A stretch of 64,000 nucleotides of DNA, taken from positions 1,565 to 65,564 of IMG/VR virus record IMGVR_UViG_3300032007_000084; one strand, written 5' to 3'. Positions 1 to 8,405 of the stretch are shown piece after piece (the first letter of the stretch is position 1; every line of letters starts with the position of its first letter). A program made the position numbers and the translations under genes. Under the pieces are notes generated by a model that searched no databases, was not told the DNA's origin, and saw nothing but the letters and a program-made list of their open reading frames with translations. This DNA comes from a virus. Lineage: Duplodnaviria; Caudoviricetes.

Positions 1-453
1 TTACCAATACCTGGAATTGTAAATCGTATTGAGAGCATGTCTGACAAGACCTTTCATGCTTTCGATACAATATTTGTCGTTTTCTTTTTCGCCGTATGCA
101 TGATTCAACATATCAGCTAACACAAGTAAAGACGATTTTATCGCTTTTATGAATATATCGATACCTTTTGAATTTAGATTTTTCGATATGTATAGCAGAT
201 AGAGAATTGATGATGAAAGCGCTGATATATACCTTAGGTCATATACACTGCAATGGATTTTTATATAGTTACATACATATGTATAATGATTTCATATTGT
301 TTCCTTTTGTAAATTAATCGGTATAATTACATACAGTAAACTAAGATGAATCTCAAAGTTTTTCTGAGAGATTTACTCTTAGGGGGTTGCACGGAGCGAA
401 ATGTCGTAGCTTGTTCTGCAACGCTGCCTCAAGGATAGTGGTTTTAAAAACCC

Positions 454-570
454 CTCATCGCCGGGGCGAGCGCGAACAACACCGCGTCGAACGCGGGCGC
501 GTTCTACCTGAACCTGAACAACGCTCCCTCGAACGCGAACTGGAACATCGGCTGCGGCCTTTCCTATACC
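454..570 (+). ncRNA. DGR template repeat (TR-A)
   Basis: GC-rich island in AT-rich DNA upstream of an RT. One frame reads LIAGASANNTASNAGAFYLNLNNAPSNANWNIGCGLSY with 9 AAC codons. That frame is closed by TAA at 445-447, so it is non-coding. This is the classic TR for an FGE/Mtd-type C-type-lectin VR. Confidence 0.88.
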
Positions 571-650
571 TTCGGCACACTAAAGATTCGTAAAGTATTT
601 ATTATTTTTATAATAAGTATTTTATGAAACCTTTCTAATGCTCTGTGTAA

Positions 651-722
651 TCCTCACCCCTTGGTGAAAATTGCCGGGAACGAGACGGGACTAGTAAGAA
701 TCTTTGATTCTGAACGTCCCGT
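651..722 (+). ncRNA. DGR spacer RNA stem-loops between TR and RT
   Basis: Hairpin tcacc(654-658)/ggtga(663-667). Outer stem acgggac(685-691)/gtcccgt(716-722) encloses agaatc-ttt-gattct. Position matches the structured spacer of DGR RNAs. Confidence 0.6.
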
Positions 723-834
723 ACGGTATGCCTAAAGAACAGAATTTTGCTACTTTCAAAATAATTTTCTAATAGAAATAACAAATGATAGTCGAACAAT
801 ATTTTGTTTAAATAATGTGAGGGAGGAAATGCCC

Positions 835-2202
835 ATGAAAACTTATGATGGGTTATTCAAGTACATGCTAAGTCCAACCGTTGTTTGGAATTGCATGATG
901 GACGCTGCTGAGGGAAAATTAAATCGTCCCGAAGTGCAGAAAGCAATTAAGAATTTTGATCAAACATATGAACTCGTTGTAAAATGTGCAGCGGATCCAA
1001 ATTATCGACCTTGCGAAGATAATGTCCATGAGATTATTGATGGGTCGAATAATAAGCAACGTAAGATTGAGAAACCAAAATTCTGCCCGGAACAAATTCT
1101 TCATCATATGATCGTAGAACCATTTAAACCGATTTTGACACGTATGATTTACAGTGAGGTTTATGGTTGCCTACCCGAGAAGGTTGTCGATCTTTCAGAA
1201 GGTAAAAAATTATTAAGAAAATATGGTCCCCATGCGGCAGTAAAACGAATCGAAAAATGGGTGAGGAAAGATGGCGGAGATAAACTTTACATTTGTGAAG
1301 CAGATATTCATCATGCATATGCATCTGTAAATATTCCGGCATTAATGGCTGCGTTAGATCGAATTATTGACGATCCAGAATGGCTTCGCTTGGTTGGAGA
1401 ATTTTTGCATTATAATCCGGAAACGAAGGAATCGACGGATGAAGGTTTAGTATTAGGCCATTATACTTCTCCATGGTTCTTTAACTTTTATCTTTCGGTA
1501 TTAGATTATCGAATGGTATTACGAGAACCTCGTGAAGAGAAGAAGCGGAAGTCAAAGCGTACCACGTTTCATTATTTGCGTTATGCAGATAACATCTTCA
1601 TGATTTCGAGTAATAAAAAATATCTTCATGCAAAGTTGAAAGATATGAAAGAATATTTGCATGATACGCTCGGGATGGAACTAAACAGTTCCACCCAAAT
1701 TTACCGCTTTGAGCATCCAGATTTAGATGAAAATAAAAATGTGATTCATCTGAAGAATGGAAAACGGAAAATGGTTGGAAGAGCGGTAAATTTGCTTGGG
1801 TTTGTACTTCATTATGACCGTTTAGGTTCTCGTAAGAGTTGTTTGAAACGGATGCGTCGGAAAGCAAATAAGGTAAGACAAAAAGATAATCCAACGTGGC
1901 ATGATGCGTATTCCATGTGTTCTCGTATGGCAATGATTCGTTTTTGTGATGCGAAACAATATGCGAATAAGTATATCAAGCCAGGAATCAATTTTAAACA
2001 TCTAAAATCAAAAATACGGCAACATCAGAAAATGATGGGACCGGCGATGGAAGAAAGAAGGCGTGTTATTCATGACGGATTGGAAAACAGTGAATGGCTC
2101 ACAGATCGACCAACCGGAGGAATTCGATACGAGCAGCAGCAGTGTGGTTGTTTACCAACGGAGAAACATTCATCGTGTGACGGTGAAGAACTCCATGGGT
2201 GA
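835..2202 (+). CDS. DGR-type reverse transcriptase
   Basis: Motifs PEQILHHMI, ICEADIHHAYASV, GLVLGHYTSPWFFNFYL (DGR G-x-x-x-G-x-x-x-S-Q/P type), YLRYADN and LLGFV. GGAGG RBS at 822-826. TR-A lies upstream. Confidence 0.9.
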   Translation: MKTYDGLFKYMLSPTVVWNCMMDAAEGKLNRPEVQKAIKNFDQTYELVVKCAADPNYRPCEDNVHEIIDGSNNKQRKIEKPKFCPEQILHHMIVEPFKPILTRMIYSEVYGCLPEKVVDLSEGKKLLRKYGPHAAVKRIEKWVRKDGGDKLYICEADIHHAYASVNIPALMAALDRIIDDPEWLRLVGEFLHYNPETKESTDEGLVLGHYTSPWFFNFYLSVLDYRMVLREPREEKKRKSKRTTFHYLRYADNIFMISSNKKYLHAKLKDMKEYLHDTLGMELNSSTQIYRFEHPDLDENKNVIHLKNGKRKMVGRAVNLLGFVLHYDRLGSRKSCLKRMRRKANKVRQKDNPTWHDAYSMCSRMAMIRFCDAKQYANKYIKPGINFKHLKSKIRQHQKMMGPAMEERRRVIHDGLENSEWLTDRPTGGIRYEQQQCGCLPTEKHSSCDGEELHG

Positions 2203-2341
2203 TAGTGATGAGAATACCACGGAGCAGTGGGAGTACGAGGAACGTACGATGACTCCGTCGGAATATCTCAACTACATCGCAGAGAAGAATCGTTCCGATA
2301 TTGAATACCTGATGGTCATGGTAGAGTCGACTGCGGAGTAA
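2072..2341 (+). CDS. small phage tail-fibre-associated protein (overlaps RT 3' end in another frame)
   Basis: 89-aa ORF MTDWKTVNGSQ..QPEEFDTSSSSVVVYQRRNI...QWEYEER directly upstream of an XkdX-like gene, a common arrangement after Firmicutes phage fibre genes. Confidence 0.65.
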   Translation: MTDWKTVNGSQIDQPEEFDTSSSSVVVYQRRNIHRVTVKNSMGDSDENTTEQWEYEERTMTPSEYLNYIAEKNRSDIEYLMVMVESTAE

Positions 2342-2375
2342 TAGATTGACATTCCAAAAGGGGTGAAATTTTACC

Positions 2376-2525
2376 ATGGAGAATCATAGCACGAACTATT
2401 GGAAAGTAAAACGGTATTATGAGCGTGGTTTTTGGTCAAAGAAACGCGTTTATAATGTCGTTGGTCGTTGGATTACCAAAGAGGAATACAAAGAAATTAC
2501 GGGTGAAGAGTATACCAAGAACTAA
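2376..2525 (+). CDS. XkdX-family small protein (missed by ORF track)
   Basis: MENHSTNYWKVKRYYERGFWSKKRVYNVVGRWITKEEYKEITGEEYTKN matches the XkdX pattern (K.YY..G.W....V...V..WIT.EEY.EITGE.Y). GGGGTG RBS. Confidence 0.85.
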   Translation: MENHSTNYWKVKRYYERGFWSKKRVYNVVGRWITKEEYKEITGEEYTKN

Positions 2526-2540
2526 TTTACATCGAATCAG

Positions 2541-2584
2541 AAGATCTTATTGAGAATATGATATTTATTTCTCAATAAGATCTT
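2541..2584 (+). terminator. intrinsic terminator-like hairpin
   Basis: aagatcttattgagaa / ttctcaataagatctt inverted repeat followed by a pyrimidine run. Confidence 0.7.
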
Positions 2585-2693
2585 CTTCTCTTTCTCCATT
2601 CTATTATTCTCCCAATAAAGATAAACGTACGAAACAATTTTATAATGCATAGACCTTTATTAAAAATTTTTGATAGAAAGGAATGAAACATCA

Positions 2694-4013
2694 ATGAGTG
2701 ATCTGAAAGGTAAACTCAAAGTTAAATACAATGGCGGATATATTGTCATTCATCCGGAAACTACTGCGGATAAGGTCTTGAATCTTGATACTACGATTCT
2801 CGATACGATTCCCCAGAAGGTTCATGCTCTTTCTACGGAGTATTCCGTTGGTGACATTGTGTATTCGAAGGATCTTCCTTCCTGGGCATATTTGGAGTGC
2901 ACCACGGCTGGTACATCGTCTGATACGACTGTTGCAGAGATTAGTTCCTCTGCAACGGAGGGGCAATCCATTACGGATGGTACGGTTACATGGCTTGTGC
3001 ATAAGATTGGCAATGCGGATTCTGAACTGCTGAAGTCCATTTCTTCTACGGGGATTGCTGCAAATCAGATTCAGTATGGTACGGCAGAGAATAAAGTTGC
3101 AACGACGGCAATTAGCTCCGTTGGTCGAGATATTCTTGCAAAGACGTCTGCATCGGATGTTCTTACGTATCTCGGAGGTGCAACTGCTGCTTCTGTTTCG
3201 GCTATAAAACAGTTTGATCTGTCGTCCATTAGCCATACAGATCTCAACCATAATAGTTTCTATCGTGGAAAAGATCTGACGACGTATTTCACGTCTGGTG
3301 AGATGTCAAAGGCAATCGCTGCTGGTACGTTCATGGATATTTTCCCTGGGGATTATATTACAATGACCGTTACGGTGGATGACACGACGTATTCCAATGT
3401 GAAATGGATTGTTGGTGATATTGATTACCACTATAAGCGTGGTTGGCGTGATAATTCTTCGACCTATGGCGATTCTTCTGGTCAAACAACAGAGCATCAT
3501 GTGTTGATGTTCCCAGAAGGCGTACTTGGTTCGCACTATATGAATAGTTCGAATGTTACCACAGGTGCATATATTGGATCCGCTATGTGGAAGACATATA
3601 TTCCGAAGTACGCAACGGGTATCCAGAATGCATTTGGTACTTCGCATGTACTTGGGCATAATGAGATTCTTGCTAATTCGATGGGAGATAACCTTACATC
3701 GTCCGCTGGTGCTGGACAGGTTGGTAGCTCTAATGATTGGGCATGGTATCCAGTGCTTGCAAACCTCTTTAACGAGCCTATGGTATACGGTACCACTTCC
3801 TTCAGTTCGTCAGCATGTGATGTTGGTGATTGCAATACCCAGATCGCAGTGTTCCGCTTGAACAAGGCCATGAGTTTTGTTCGCGATAGTTGGTATTGGT
3901 TGCGCGCCGTGGCTTCCGCGTCGGATTTCTGCGGTGCCGACATCGACGGCTGTGCCGGCTCGAGCATCGCGTCGTTCGTCGGCGGTGTTCGCCCTTATTT
4001 CCTCCTCCGGTAA
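2694..4013 (+). CDS. tail fibre / receptor-binding protein with C-terminal DUF6273-like C-type-lectin domain (DGR target type)
   Basis: N-terminal HPETTAD motif, an EYSVGDIVY...TDGTVTW module and fibre repeats. C-terminus has HNSFYRGKDL, DIFPGDY, WIVGDIDY and YWLRAVAS..F..A...G.A....AS..GGVRPYFLLR. Confidence 0.8.
   Translation: MSDLKGKLKVKYNGGYIVIHPETTADKVLNLDTTILDTIPQKVHALSTEYSVGDIVYSKDLPSWAYLECTTAGTSSDTTVAEISSSATEGQSITDGTVTWLVHKIGNADSELLKSISSTGIAANQIQYGTAENKVATTAISSVGRDILAKTSASDVLTYLGGATAASVSAIKQFDLSSISHTDLNHNSFYRGKDLTTYFTSGEMSKAIAAGTFMDIFPGDYITMTVTVDDTTYSNVKWIVGDIDYHYKRGWRDNSSTYGDSSGQTTEHHVLMFPEGVLGSHYMNSSNVTTGAYIGSAMWKTYIPKYATGIQNAFGTSHVLGHNEILANSMGDNLTSSAGAGQVGSSNDWAWYPVLANLFNEPMVYGTTSFSSSACDVGDCNTQIAVFRLNKAMSFVRDSWYWLRAVASASDFCGADIDGCAGSSIASFVGGVRPYFLLR
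3885..4013 (+). other. DGR variable repeat (VR-B), orphan
   Basis: Abrupt GC-rich codon shift at the 3' end of the gene. NNC codons (tcc, gac, atc, gac, ggc, agc, atc, ttc, ggc) fall where a DUF6273-type TR carries AAC. A GC hairpin follows. Confidence 0.8.
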
Positions 4014-4023
4014 CACGATTCAC

Positions 4024-4042
4024 CCGCCGGCTTGTCCGGCGG
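4024..4042 (+). promoter_or_regulatory. DGR target-recognition hairpin
   Basis: ccgccgg-cttgt-ccggcgg: 7-bp all-GC stem 10 nt after the VR gene stop, as found downstream of DGR IMH sites. Confidence 0.75.
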
Positions 4043-4499
4043 CCATTGGCCATTGCTGAGCGGTCATATAACTTAGGAAATAAGAAAAATAAAATAAATT
4101 AAAATAAGATATTAAGTAGTTTGTCGTATTATTATACGGGTAATGAAGTATTTATAGTTGTATACAGCTAATTCCGGCGAAAGCGTTCACACGCTTTCGC
4201 CGGAAAAATATTATATATAGGGAAATTGATGAAAACAACTCGGAATAATGTTAAAGGCGCCGCGATTTATCGCGGCGCCTTTAACCGCAAAATCAAAATT
4301 GTGTAATTAATTATAAACCATATAACACATTAATAGATCTAAACTAAAAATCGTAAAAGGAATAGTTTTGCAGGAATGCCAGTTTTTAACATTTTTTTGA
4401 TAGTTTTTCCTGTATAAGACATAAATAATACTTCATCCTTACGAAAATTCAGTTCTTGGATCAAATAACGAATCAACTAAATTTAAAAAGTCTAAAATA

Positions 4500-5051
4500 T
4501 TTCGGTTTTCCAGTCTGATTTATTTGAAAATTTTTTGAATTTAGAACTTCCTAGGATGTATGATAGATCGAAGAATGGTTTAGAATTATCTTAGGTAGAA
4601 AAGTCTTATGATTGTATTTGAAGATGCTGAGAATTACTGACCATCTTCGCAGTATTTTTAGATATGATTTTAAGACTTTGCTGAGATTCATACATTCAAA
4701 GCTCACATGTCGATGAACGATGAGTGTATGAATCTTAGTTTCCCAAAAAATGAATTTAAAATTCATTATATCATATACAAACAATTGGATGAAAAATCTT
4801 GGATTATATTTTTATGATCCAATTTATATATACTTAGGTTGAGAAAGATTTTTCCAACCGATAAGAGTTTTTTATTAGCGTATTTAAAATGAAAGGATGT
4901 TGTTCTTCGAGAACGAAAGAAACTGAAGAAATTAGCATTTAAGGTGATTAGTAAAGAAATGACCTTTGATGCTTATGTGGAGCAGTACGGTTATCATAAC
5001 ACATTTAAATATAACCGTTATGTACAAAATAGTAACGAAATCCAAAATTAA
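4500..5051 (+). pseudogene. decayed second DGR reverse transcriptase (RT-B remnant)
   Basis: 4893-5051 reads KDVVLRERKKLKKLAFKVISKEMTFDAYVEQYGYHNTF, resembling the RERRKLKK...GEMT...Y C-terminus of DGR RTs. Upstream fragments in shifting frames (SVFQSDLFENFL..MYD; RITDHLRSIFR-YDFK; KNLGL) follow RT motif order, with stops and deletions. Confidence 0.5.
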
Positions 5052-5083
5052 TAACGTTTTGAAAATAAGGAAGATCAACTCTT

Positions 5084-5326
5084 ATGGATGATGAGAAACA
5101 AAAGAAAATCGATGATCTGAATCGTCAGATCATCGAACTTCGTTCGAATCTTGCGGCTGATACATCGAACATTGGTGACTATAAGATCGTGAAGACGTAT
5201 GAGGCTCGCCTTCTTGGAAAAGATGATCCGTATGATACGAATCAGCTCATTGAGGAGCGGAATGCTACGCGCTCGAAGATCAATGAACTTCAGGAAGAGC
5301 TTGCTGCACTGGAAGCCGCAAACTGA
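5084..5326 (+). CDS. small coiled-coil tail-fibre chaperone-like protein
   Basis: IGDYKIVKTYEARLLGKDDPYD...R..TRSKINELQ pattern, recalled from genes that follow phage fibre/DGR RT genes. AAGGAAG RBS. Confidence 0.65.
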   Translation: MDDEKQKKIDDLNRQIIELRSNLAADTSNIGDYKIVKTYEARLLGKDDPYDTNQLIEERNATRSKINELQEELAALEAAN

Positions 5327-5331
5327 TAGGT

Positions 5332-5376
5332 ATGCATCAATTCTTTGATACAAAAGATATCAAAGAATTGATGCAT
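5332..5376. terminator. bidirectional terminator between convergent genes
   Basis: 19-bp inverted repeat atgcatcaattctttgata / tatcaaagaattgatgcat. Confidence 0.8.
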
Positions 5377-5380
5377 ATTT

Positions 5381-6064
5381 TTAATTCTTTTCGAAAACGG
5401 AGACGTTTTCAGGTGTTCCTGATTCTCCATTATTAACCACAGAGGTTGTTTGAAGATCCAGCTCTATAGTCCCATCCAAGGATTCAAATTTTACATTGTT
5501 CGATTCTAGAGCAGCATTGATTTTTCCATCATCAATGCTTGGTGTGGAAGAACCATCTAGGATAAAGAGTGCATCTGGAGCATCATCACCAGACGGAGTA
5601 TCATCCGTTGCTTTCAAAACGCTCGGTTCTCCAAGTGCATATTCCGTTGATGATGCATCATCTACAAACTGCCCATTATCCTCTTCCAAGACAATATCGA
5701 CGGATACATCTTCGGTAGGATTAAATGGAATATATCCAGGAAGATCTCCAAACTTATGTTTACCATCTGACATATACATTTCACCAGTATCCATGACAGA
5801 GATAATGGTACCCTTCGGATATACAATGTTTGGATTCTTTGTGTAGTTATAGATTAATTCAGGCTTCGGTGCAGTATTTGCCAATCGTTTGGCAACGAGT
5901 GATAAAATATCTTTCAGGCTAGAAGCATCTTCATAACCTGCAAGTTTATCATTTTTTAGCACCTTAACATCTGAAATGCTGTTTTCCGGATAGATGATCG
6001 TATAATTCTCAGAATTATCTGGTTTATACCGATATCTTACATGCAGCGTAATATCCATGTCCAT
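5381..6064 (-). CDS. virion fibre/adaptor protein with Mtd-N-like motif
   Basis: YPENS N-terminal motif. YPKGTIISVMDTGEMYMSDGKHKFGDLP resembles the Mtd N-terminal trimerisation domain. Acidic tail. Confidence 0.55.
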   Translation of the reverse strand: MDMDITLHVRYRYKPDNSENYTIIYPENSISDVKVLKNDKLAGYEDASSLKDILSLVAKRLANTAPKPELIYNYTKNPNIVYPKGTIISVMDTGEMYMSDGKHKFGDLPGYIPFNPTEDVSVDIVLEEDNGQFVDDASSTEYALGEPSVLKATDDTPSGDDAPDALFILDGSSTPSIDDGKINAALESNNVKFESLDGTIELDLQTTSVVNNGESGTPENVSVFEKN

Positions 6065-6087
6065 TATAGAAGTTCACCTCCGTTTCT

Positions 6088-6561
6088 TTATTCGTTCGCT
6101 TCAAAGAGAATAAATGGAGGAGCGGTAATCGCAGGAATATCTCCATAGATCGTCGTTCCATCGTCAAAAACGATATTCGGCGGAGCGCATACATAGGGCA
6201 GATTGTCATACGTATTCTTTCCGTCTCCTAGTTTCATATAATTCGTATCAGTTTCATAAAGCATCTGTCCATTACGATAGATCGTAGTTTTATCAGCAGA
6301 AAACTGTGTAGAAGATTTTCGAACGGCTGCAAATACTTCACCATTTGTATCCGCGAAATGCTCTACCTGCTCTGTGATCATCTTATCCAACCCAGAAACA
6401 TTTTCCGATGGAATCGTCAGACCTGATACCACCGAGGTGACTTTTTCATCGAAGTCTGTGATTTGATCGGAAATGGTTTGAGGATAAACTACAACAGATC
6501 CACCATCGTCTTGAATCGTAGTAATTTGAGCTTTGATTTTTGTTGGCGACGAAGTTGCCAT
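6088..6561 (-). CDS. virion fibre/adaptor protein with Mtd-N domain
   Basis: YPQTISDQI motif. GQMLYETDTNYMKLGDGKNTYDNLPY is a strong match to the GExxYETDTxxxKxGDGxxxxxxLPY Mtd-N signature. Confidence 0.7.
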   Translation of the reverse strand: MATSSPTKIKAQITTIQDDGGSVVVYPQTISDQITDFDEKVTSVVSGLTIPSENVSGLDKMITEQVEHFADTNGEVFAAVRKSSTQFSADKTTIYRNGQMLYETDTNYMKLGDGKNTYDNLPYVCAPPNIVFDDGTTIYGDIPAITAPPFILFEANE

Positions 6562-6773
6562 ATTTTATTCACCTCAACTTTAGTTAAAGTACACAGTGTT
6601 TATAAAAAAGAAAACAAGGTTACTTTTAGTAGCTTGTCTTCCGGTAAAAGGAATCACGTAAGAAAAAAAATAGCATGATGGAATACTTACCATCATGCTA
6701 CTTACCATGTAAGAAAGGTAAAGAATAAATTTAGAGTAAGGAGTGGTACAAACGAGGAGCAAACCAACCAGTT

Positions 6774-7028
6774 TTAATCCTCATTATCATGTAGTTTCTT
6801 CCATTGTTTCTTAAATTTCTTAATCATCTTCATCTCCTTTTCAAACATCGTTTCCTTCCGAGAAGATTTCTTCTTTTCGAGCTTCTTGATTTTCTTGAGC
6901 TGTTTCTTTTCGATCCTTTCCATTTCACTTACATAAGAAGCATTTGCTTCCCCCATCATTTTAGATAATGCATCCACTGCATTGGTAAGAAGCAGACCAT
7001 CTTTCTGTGCACGCTTAAACAAACTCAT
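6774..7028 (-). CDS. hypothetical lysine-rich protein
   Basis: GGAGG RBS before ATG 7028. Early-promoter motif at 7072-7083. Confidence 0.7.
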   Translation of the reverse strand: MSLFKRAQKDGLLLTNAVDALSKMMGEANASYVSEMERIEKKQLKKIKKLEKKKSSRKETMFEKEMKMIKKFKKQWKKLHDNED

Positions 7029-7136
7029 TTTAATTACCTCCTGAATATATTGAAACTGATTATTCAAGAAGATAATATATATTCTAAACGAGTTTTGAAA
7101 TCACGGAAGAAAAAAAGGAGCCGAAGCTCCCAAAGA

Positions 7137-7475
7137 TCAATTTGCGATGCGACGATAGATCACTATCGTCTCACCGACCTGAAGATTATTCAGATCAGTT
7201 CCCGCTTTCAGGTTCTCATCACGGCTAACGGCCATGGTGTTACGAACCTCATCATCGTTTCCATATTCTTTGCAGAGATTCCAGTACGTATCGCCTGCCT
7301 TCACGGTCACCCAGGTCCGCTCATACTCAATCGTCGGAAATACAGCCGATTCGATTTCATGATGAAACGGAATTCCAACGAAAAGAATTGCAAGCACCAA
7401 GATCTTTCCGGCAACGCTTGCTTGCTTCCACTGGTATTCAAAACGATCGAAAATATACTGCATCATTTTACTCAT
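7137..7475 (-). CDS. membrane-anchored LysM protein (YneA-like architecture)
   Basis: Hydrophobic segment ILVLAILFVGIPF followed by a single LysM (VTVKAGDTYWNLCKEY...NNLQVGETIVI). Confidence 0.75.
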   Translation of the reverse strand: MSKMMQYIFDRFEYQWKQASVAGKILVLAILFVGIPFHHEIESAVFPTIEYERTWVTVKAGDTYWNLCKEYGNDDEVRNTMAVSRDENLKAGTDLNNLQVGETIVIYRRIAN

Positions 7476-7571
7476 CCTTTCTAGATGCTTTGATTTTCTC
7501 TATAACTATGATATATAAAAGAATTCTCGTAATTATGAATTTTTACGATAACTAGCTTGTAACGGAAATCA

Positions 7572-8393
7572 ATGAGAAAGGACGATTTTTCTATGGTTGA
7601 TTATAGTTTATCCATTGATGTATCCGATCAATCAGCTTTCAAAGTAATCAATGGGAAATATATCGCATGTGGAGATGCACTTCAAGTATATTACCTGGAT
7701 GATACATTGATCCCATACTTAAAAGGAGATGGAAATGGAAAGTACAATTCCATTACCATCTATCATATTCCCATTGAAACCGGAGCAGAAGAGTATTACA
7801 AGAATCTCTGTGAGTTGATCAAGTACATCATCTATTATCAGCAGAATGATATTGTAAATGATGGATTATTCATCTTGAATCGAAATGATCAATTTGACAC
7901 ATTAGCTAGGAAAGCTGTTAATGTATGCCAAAAGAAGATTACCAAACGGGATTATGAACTATTCCCGATTGAATCAAAGGCATGCTTTAAGAAAGACTTT
8001 TCAGAGTTATGCTTTACGGTATCGGATCCGAATGATACGAATCAATCCTATTTTGCAAATGAAATCACAAAAGAAGTTGTAAAAGTAAATGATGATCCAG
8101 AACCAGAAGGCGTCGATTGTATCAATGAAGAGCCATATAAGTCGGATGACTTCTATTATGAACCGGTTCCAGGGCATGAGAATGGTGTCCCAAAAGATAA
8201 GTTAGATCCATTGGATCCAACTTCCGTATTGATACAATATCAACGTACTTGGATGAAAGAAACATATACCGTTCCCATACGTGGAATGTATTCTACGATG
8301 ATGGGTAGTATAACGAACTGTGTGTATCAAGGATCTCTTACCATTACGATTACACGAAAAGTACCGTATGATAAATATCTCGTCGTAAAGTAA
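7572..8393 (+). CDS. hypothetical protein
   Basis: 273-aa ORF with genome-typical codon use. True start may be ATG 7593. Confidence 0.7.
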   Translation: MRKDDFSMVDYSLSIDVSDQSAFKVINGKYIACGDALQVYYLDDTLIPYLKGDGNGKYNSITIYHIPIETGAEEYYKNLCELIKYIIYYQQNDIVNDGLFILNRNDQFDTLARKAVNVCQKKITKRDYELFPIESKACFKKDFSELCFTVSDPNDTNQSYFANEITKEVVKVNDDPEPEGVDCINEEPYKSDDFYYEPVPGHENGVPKDKLDPLDPTSVLIQYQRTWMKETYTVPIRGMYSTMMGSITNCVYQGSLTITITRKVPYDKYLVVK

Positions 8394-8405
8394 AGGTGAT
8401 ATAAA

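Noticed and set aside
1-450. Possible avd gene upstream of TR
   Set aside because: All plus frames are interrupted by stops. A start-less minus-strand open frame (~1-280) lacks Avd features (FPK/ER...EIG..GGW).
387-593. 68-aa ORF from the track
   Set aside because: It is an off-frame read-through of the GC-rich DGR template repeat, with no RBS or protein-like features.
835-2202. RT as group II intron maturase, retron or Abi RT
   Set aside because: No domain X/En or intron RNA and no retron VTG motif. The AAC-rich TR and DGR-type G...G...SP motif indicate a DGR.
2063-2202. RT C-terminal extension as a functional domain
   Set aside because: It is simply the alternative frame of the overlapping 2072 gene, and its composition is not domain-like.
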